From assembly GCA_013265495.1 (NCBI GenBank), contig MU062317.1, positions 1,920,229 to 1,984,228 on the forward strand: a stretch of 64,000 nt of DNA, given 5' to 3'. The position numbers and the translations under genes were made by a program. This document shows positions 58,501-64,000 of this stretch, one piece after another. Within the stretch, counting starts at the first letter, position 1, and every line of letters starts with the position of its first letter. Below the pieces are notes generated by a model. That model did not search any database, had not been told where the DNA came from, and saw only the letters and a program-made list of their open reading frames with translations. This DNA is from Vicugna vicugna (Eukaryota).

Positions 58501-61500
58501 TGACCGGGATTCTGGGGAGAGTGAAGAAGGGGAAGAGGAGGCGGGTGAGGGCACCCCGCACAGCAGCGCCCTCACCGAAGGAGAGCTCGTGCCCGACTCG
58601 CCGGCCTTGTCGCCCATTGAGCTCAAGCAGGAGCTGCCCAAGTACCTGCCCGCCCTGCAGGTCAGGCACCTGCCCACCCCTAGCCTGGCTGTGCTGTGTT
58701 GGTCACGGATGGGGCCGCCGCCCTCTGCGTGTCCGTGATCACAGTCTGGCCTCTTGTCCAGCTGCATGGGTGGGAGGACAGCTCCTGTGAGCGCAGCCAG
58801 GACGCCTACGAGGTGCTGCACGCACAGGAGGCAAGCAGACTGGCGGTGGCCGGGTGTGCAGTCACTTCTACTCAGCCTGGGCTGAGTGGGCAGCTGCCAT
58901 CCATTGCCCTGTCGCCATGTGGGGGTCATAGGGCAGTGGTGGGAGTCGGCCCTTGCCCTGCTGGGGGACGGCCGGGAGGGACTGGGCAGGAGTCGTGCCA
59001 GCAGGCAGGGTGTGCAGCAGGCCCTCATGTGCTGGTGCCGTCTCAGGATGAGTGCCTTGGGGGGATGTGCCCGGGCTGGCTTTTGTCCACGTTGGGTGTA
59101 TTTCAGGATAAAGGGCACGTGCTGACTGAAGGAAGCAGAGGCAGGAGAGGAGGGCTGCGCCTGGCCCGCCATCCACGCACTCTCTGGGCCCTCCCGAGAC
59201 TTCCCGGTGGGGGTTGGCTGTGGGATGTGACCCCGGCTGCTGCGCCCTCACGCTGGTGCTTCCTCCTAGGGCTGTCGGAGTGTGGAGGAGTTCCAGTGCC
59301 TGAACAGGATTGAAGAAGGCACTTACGGGGTGGTGTACAGAGCTAAGGACAAGAAAACAGGTGGGTTGAGTCCCGAGGTGGTCCCTTGTTGGGGGGGTGC
59401 ATGGGGCAGGAACTGGGTGGTCCAGAGTGCCAGCCAGCCCCTCAGGCCCCCACACCAGCTCCAGGAGGGAGGTGGGGTGTCCTGCCTGTGTCGTGGCCAG
59501 CTGGTGGGGGCTGAGATCTGAGCTAGGGCCGTCCTGGGCCCTGGCACCTCCAGTGTTAGGGTCATGGGACACAGTTCCCTACTGTCCTAGAAGTTGCCCC
59601 TCCCCTGGTGCTGGGCCTCAGCTTGGCCTTACCTGACTGGCGCACACCTGGGCCACCGACCTCTTGGTACCTCTGGAGGTCACACGTCATCCTGGCCATC
59701 AGACTCTGCTGCTCGCTTGCAGCCTCAGGCCACTCACTCCCCAGACGGTGTGGGGTCCACCTGGCCGGGCCTGGGAGCCGCCAGGGCATTGGTCTTGACT
59801 GCCGGCACCTGAGCAGGTGTGTGAGCCATGGGTTGGAGCTCTCTCAGCCCTGCGGCCAGGCTCTGAAGAATCAGCCCGCTGGGGACCCTGAGTGCCATGG
59901 ATGCCATCTGGGGTGTCCAGGTTTGCTGTCTGTGACCACGGAGGGAGACAGTGGTGAACAGAAGAGTGTCGGTGGGAGGGTGTTTCTCAGCACTTGTCTT
60001 TAAACTGCTCTCTTCAGATGAGATCGTGGCTCTGAAGCGGCTGAAGATGGAGAAGGAGAAGGAGGGCTTCCCCATCACGTCACTGCGGGAGATCAACACC
60101 ATCCTCAAGGCACAGCACCCCAACATCGTCACTGTCAGGGTGAGGGCTGGGCTCCGGGTGTCAGGGGGAGCCGGGGAGCCAGGCAGCAGGCTGGCCTGGG
60201 CGCCGGTGTCACCGGGCCTGCGGTTGTTTCCCAGGAAATAGTCGTGGGCAGCAACATGGACAAGATCTACATCGTGATGAACTATGTGGAACATGACCTC
60301 AAGAGCCTCATGGAGACCATGAAGCAGCCGTTTCTGCCAGGTGGGCCTCCTGCAGGCCTCAGTCAGTCCTACAGTGTGGCCCTGACCCTGACCCCAAGGG
60401 GTGTCCCTCCCCCAGGCCACCGGTGACGTCCCTGGGGCAGAAGGAGCGTGACCTCCGACTCTGACCCTTTGTACCATGTGGGCGAGAGTACCCGTGCCCT
60501 GGGCTGGGAAGCCTGGTGGCTGCTGGGGTGTTGGGTGACCCACGGGGCCGGCCCTTGCTGACCTGTCTCTGTGCAGGGGAGGTGAAGACCCTGATGATCC
60601 AGCTGCTGCGTGGCGTCAAGCACCTGCACGACAACTGGATCCTGCACCGCGACCTCAAGACATCCAACCTGCTGCTGAGCCACGCGGGCATCCTCAAGGT
60701 GAGCCCACGCCCCCGTGTGGCCCCTGCCCTCGAGGCGAGCCCGGCCCCCTGTCCTCGAGGCGAGCCCGCCCCCTGCCCGGCCCCCATCCTCGGTCAGCAC
60801 CCCCAGGCCAGCTCGGAGGGCCCAGCTCCCAGCTGCAGCCCACCGTTTATCCCTGAAGGTAGGGGACTTCGGGCTGGCACGGGAGTACGGGTCTCCTCTG
60901 AAGGCCTACACCCCAGTTGTTGTGACCCTGTGGTACCGCGCCCCAGAGCTGCTGCTGGGCGCCAAGGTGAGTGTGGGTGAGCAGGAACCAGCCCCGGGCC
61001 CGGGCGACCTGCCAGCCCCCTGAGTGCACCCTGGTCTTCCAGGAGTACTCCACAGCCGTGGATATGTGGTCGGTGGGCTGCATCTTTGGGGAGCTGCTGA
61101 CTCAGAAGCCACTGTTTCCTGGGAAGTCGGAAATTGATCAGATCAACAAAGTGTTCAAGGTGGGTCTGGGGCGCCGCCTGCAGGTGCCCGCTAGGCCAGT
61201 GGGGGCGCTGCAGGCCACTGCTCCTCCCTGCAGGTCCTGGCTGTTTGAGACGTCCCCCTCTTTTAGGACCTGGGGACCCCCAGTGAGAAAATCTGGCCTG
61301 GCTACAACGACCTCCCTGCCGTCAAGAAGATGACCTTCACCGAGTACCCATATAACAATCTCCGCAAGCGTTTCGGGGCCCTGCTCTCAGACCAGGGCTT
61401 CGACCTCATGAACAAGTGCGTGTGGGCGGGGTCGCCTGTCCCTGGGCCCTCCCCCAGCCCCACCCCGCGGTGGCCCCAACCGCCCTTGTTCTCCCAGGTT

Positions 61501-61873
61501 CCTGACCTACTTCCCTGGGCGGCGGGTCAACGCAGAGGACGGCCTCAAGCACGAATATTTCCGAGAGACGCCCCTCCCCATCGACCCCTCCATGTTCCCC
61601 ACGTGGCCAGCCAAGAGTGAACAGCAGAGGGTGAAGCGAGGCACCAGCCCGCGGCCCCCTGAGGGAGGCCTGGGCTACAGCCAGCTGGTGAGGGGCGGGC
61701 TGGCCGGGGCGGGACGGCTCGGGGGGTCCTTGAGGTGAGGCTGGCCCGGCCAGGGCCCCACGCTGCCGCTGTCTCTGCAGGGTGACGACGACCTGAAGGA
61801 GACGGGTTTCCACCTCACCACCACCAACCAGGGCGCCTCAGCCGCCGGCCCAGGGTTCAGCCTCAAGTTCTGA
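49528..61873 (+). CDS. CDK11B: Cyclin-dependent kinase 11 (PITSLRE p110), about 782 aa: join(49528..49638,50336..50451,51404..51531,52264..52402,56672..56808,57018..57140,57426..57521,57608..57766[N gap],57940..58005,58485..58660,59270..59360,60018..60139,60235..60340,60577..60698,60859..60966,61043..61159,61267..61415,61498..61687,61781..61873)
   Basis: [29 protein letters not shown]..., RE-rich region, [25 protein letters not shown] (60071-60091), [39 protein letters not shown], ...GPGFSLKF*. Nineteen coding exons sum to 2349 nt if the gap length is right. Exon 2 starts at 49515. A/B paralog naming is a human convention. Confidence 0.96.
51020..51270 (-). mobile_element. Short antisense L1 3' end fragment in CDK11 intron 3
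   Basis: CTTATTGAGGTATAAGTAACAAACTGCACATATTTAAGTG...AAACTGTCACCACCATC resembles the reverse L1 3' terminus. Confidence 0.55.
53690..55850 (+). mobile_element. Old sense-strand L1 remnant (ORF1 and ORF2 endonuclease region) in CDK11 intron 5
   Basis: ACTTCCCAAATTTGATGAAAAA...CCAGGAAGCTCAGTGAGCCTCAAGTAGG (ORF1-like), GCTATGCTAACGTCAGACAAAATA (endonuclease-like); A-rich strand bias; no intact ORF. Confidence 0.65.
55273..55396 (+). mobile_element. tRNA-derived SINE (Vic-1-like) nested in L1
   Basis: GAGGGAGGGATAGCTAAGTGGAAGAGC...GGTTCAATCCCCAGCACCTCCATT...AAATAAACCTAATTACTCCC followed by an A tail. Confidence 0.88.
57611..57741. other. Assembly gap (131 N) inside the CDK11 Glu-rich exon
   Basis: Run of N between the CAGCAG acceptor and GAGGACGCATCTGCACAGTCGGCAG|GT. 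Confidence 0.99.
57960..57962 (+). other. CDK11B: Internal ATG corresponding to the CDK11 p58 start (MSEDEERE)
   Basis: GAG GAG GAA ATG AGC GAA GAT; matches the known p58 N-terminus, with purine-rich upstream coding sequence. Confidence 0.75.
60728..60776. repeat. Tandem duplication of about 25 bp in a CDK11 intron
   Basis: CCTCGAGGCGAGCCCG(G)CCCCCTG occurs twice. Confidence 0.8.
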
Positions 61874-62077
61874 GCTTCACAGTGGACGCCAGACCCACCC
61901 TGGGGAGCGCCGACCGACTGCCCAGCTGGGACCAGGGCAGACGTTGGAGGCGGCATCTGGGTCCTCCTAGGTCCTGCCCTGACTGGACGTGGCGGCTGCC
62001 AGCCTCGAGTCAGACTGCTGGTCCTGCTGGGTCTCCACGTTTTGTTTTTATTTTATCGTGGCTTGTAAATTTGTAGA

Positions 62078-62083
62078 ATTAAA
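62078..62083 (+). terminator. Candidate CDK11 polyadenylation signal ATTAAA (alternative AGTAAA at 62376-62381)
   Basis: Variant hexamer in a U-rich block about 200 nt after the stop codon. Confidence 0.5.
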
Positions 62084-62925
62084 TCACATTTTCCTTGTTG
62101 TGGGAGGAAAGGCTGTATTTTTTCAGAGGTATTGGACCTTCCCTGCAAAGAGAGGGCGGGCGTCCGTACTCCCTCACACACAACCACGCTGACTGCTGGG
62201 GACCAGGCTGGTCTGGTGCTGGCCGCGACTGGGGACTGAGCTGCGGGGGTTTTACTCTGCACCGTTCAGGCTGCAGCTGCGAGGCCTCCTTCCCTCCCCC
62301 AGGCCCCCGGAGCTGGGCGTGGCATGCTCAGCCACAGGGGGTTTTTGTACAAGGTGGTTACACGTTTTAAGATGTAGTAAAATACTCTTGGAGGAAAGGT
62401 CTGGAATGTTCTTCTTTCAGCCGCTGGCCCTGCACTGGGTCCTGGGCTAGTGCTGCCTGGGAGGGGAGGTGGGAGCAAGGGGGGCCTCTGATCCCACGTG
62501 GGCCCGGCTCCTGCCACCAGCAAGTCCTTCGGCTCCTGGTCTGGCGGGACAAGGTGTCGCTTCTACAAAGGGGACCCTTGCCACTGCCCGCGCCAAGCTA
62601 GTCCCTTCTGTTGGGGTCCCCAGCCTGGTCCCCTCCTCCTGCTGAGGGCGTCCCCCAACCCTGACCCGCTGTCCTCGGGGAGGCCAGGTGGCCACAGCGG
62701 GCCCCACCCTGGTTCAGCTTCCTGCCTCATTCCGGGCCTCCGGACCCACTTGCAGGCTCCGTCTGCAGAAGCCCTTCCTGGCCTGTCTCCGGGGCCTGTG
62801 TTCTCCCCGCGAGGAACTGTACAGGGACGTCGGGGTGTCGTGGCCTCAGGCTCCCCACTCCGTGGGCACAAGACCGGCCACCCACCCTCCCAAGAAAGGG
62901 AGCGGAGACGTCAGAGAGAAAGGGC

Positions 62926-62931
62926 TTTATC
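62926..62931 (-). terminator. MMP23 polyadenylation signal variant GATAAA
   Basis: Minus strand reads GCTGATAAAGCCCTTTCTCTCTG, 30 nt after the stop codon; it is the only hexamer-like signal nearby. Confidence 0.55.
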
Positions 62932-62960
62932 AGCAGCCTCAGCCTGCCGGAGGGGGGGCC

Positions 62961-63779
62961 TCAGCTCCGCACGCGGACTCGCCAGGAGTAGGTGCTGAGC
63001 ACGCGCTGCCGCCGGCGCACCACGCAGGTGTAGGTGCCCTCGTTGACGGCGTTGGCAATGATGCTCAGGTGCGCCTCGCCCAGCGCCAGGTAGCCGGGGT
63101 AGGAGAACTCCAGGGGCTCCTGGTCCTTGTACCAGCTGCGGGGAGGCGGAGCGCTGGGCAGGGTCCCGTCCCCGGCCCCGCCGCCCACCCTTGGGCGCCC
63201 CGGGGGGGGGGTCACTCACTACACTTTGCCTTTCTTATGGAGGATCTTCTGGCCACAGCGGAAGGTCACGTTCCTGCCCTCTGGCACCAGCCGGGTTTTG
63301 GTCCTGGGGGGCGGGGCGGTGGCGGCCACCGTGGGGAAGGGGAACTCTGCTTGGGCAGGGGGAGAGGCCGCCTCAGCGCCTGACCCACGGCGCAGACCGG
63401 GTCGGGACGGGCACCCGACCACCCTCACCGTAGCAGAAGTCACAACTGCTGGGGCACAGCCTCTTCATGAGCCGCTGGCGGGCGTCGCAGAAGCCCCTCC
63501 GCGCCCAGGACGCACACACGAACAGCCGGTCTAGGCAGCCTGCAGGACGGCGGCCGAGTCAGGGCCTGCCCAGCCCCCAGCCCGCCCGCCCGCCCCCTGG
63601 CCCGGGGCACTGCCCGCAGAGCCGGTGCAGCCCCCACAGCTCGTCCTGTGACAGAGCCTTCCAGCCGCGCAGCGTGGCGTTGAGGTGCATGAGCGCCCGG
63701 CCGTGCTGAGAGTGCATCAGGCCCAGCGCGTGGCCGATCTCGTGGGCCGCCACGTGCACCAGGTCGGTGAGCCACACGC
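62961..63779 (-). CDS. MMP23B: Matrix metallopeptidase 23, last four coding exons: complement join(63615..63779,63429..63539,63220..63346,62961..63135); the donor after the 63615..63779 exon is non-canonical
   Basis: [30 protein letters not shown] (zinc-binding HExxHxxGxxH and Met-turn), ShKT domain CLDRLFVCASWARRGFCDARQRLMKRLCPSSCDFC, and Ig-like tail ...NVTFRCGQKILHKKGKVYWYKDQ...EGTYTCVVRRRQRVLSTYSWRVRVRS*. Upstream exons lie outside the window. Confidence 0.92.
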
Positions 63780-64000
63780 CTGCAGGCCCTGCCAGTCAGC
63801 GCCTCGGACCCCGGCCCAGCCCTCCTCCCTCCGCCCACCAGCCTTACTCCCCGCGGCCCGCACATCTGCGGCAGGGCAGGGAGCCTCCCTCGGCGCAGCC
63901 ATGGGAAGATAAGAATGTTCCAGGCCAGCGAGGCGGTGAGCTGGCCCCCAGGAATGCAGCTCCAGCTCCGGCGGTGTGGGGGTGGGGGGGCTTCAGGCTC

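Overview
Mammalian genomic DNA, most likely a camelid, judged from four copies of a tRNA-derived SINE resembling the camelid Vic-1 family. The region is syntenic with human 1p36.33. In order, it holds the last three coding exons and 3'UTR of GNB1 (+), complete NADK (+, 451 aa), complete SLC35E2/SLC35E2B (+, 405 aa), complete CDK11 (+, about 782 aa, with the Glu-rich exon partly inside an N gap), and the last four coding exons of MMP23 (-), tail-to-tail with CDK11. Exons were placed by matching translations to the human proteins as I recall them and checking splice dinucleotides and phase. The joined NADK, SLC35E2 and CDK11 CDSs are each one open frame. NADK, SLC35E2 and CDK11 each start in a CpG island. 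Introns carry old L1 fragments, solo LTRs and SINEs. I found no new multi-gene system. The strongest anomaly is an apparently destroyed MMP23 splice donor (G|GGCAGT) with an in-frame stop in the intron. Other leads are a candidate poison exon in CDK11 intron 4, a strong-Kozak uORF and a possible non-AUG extension in the NADK leader, a GC-AG intron in NADK, and a changed CDK11 caspase site. All comparisons with human sequences are from memory and need checking by alignment.
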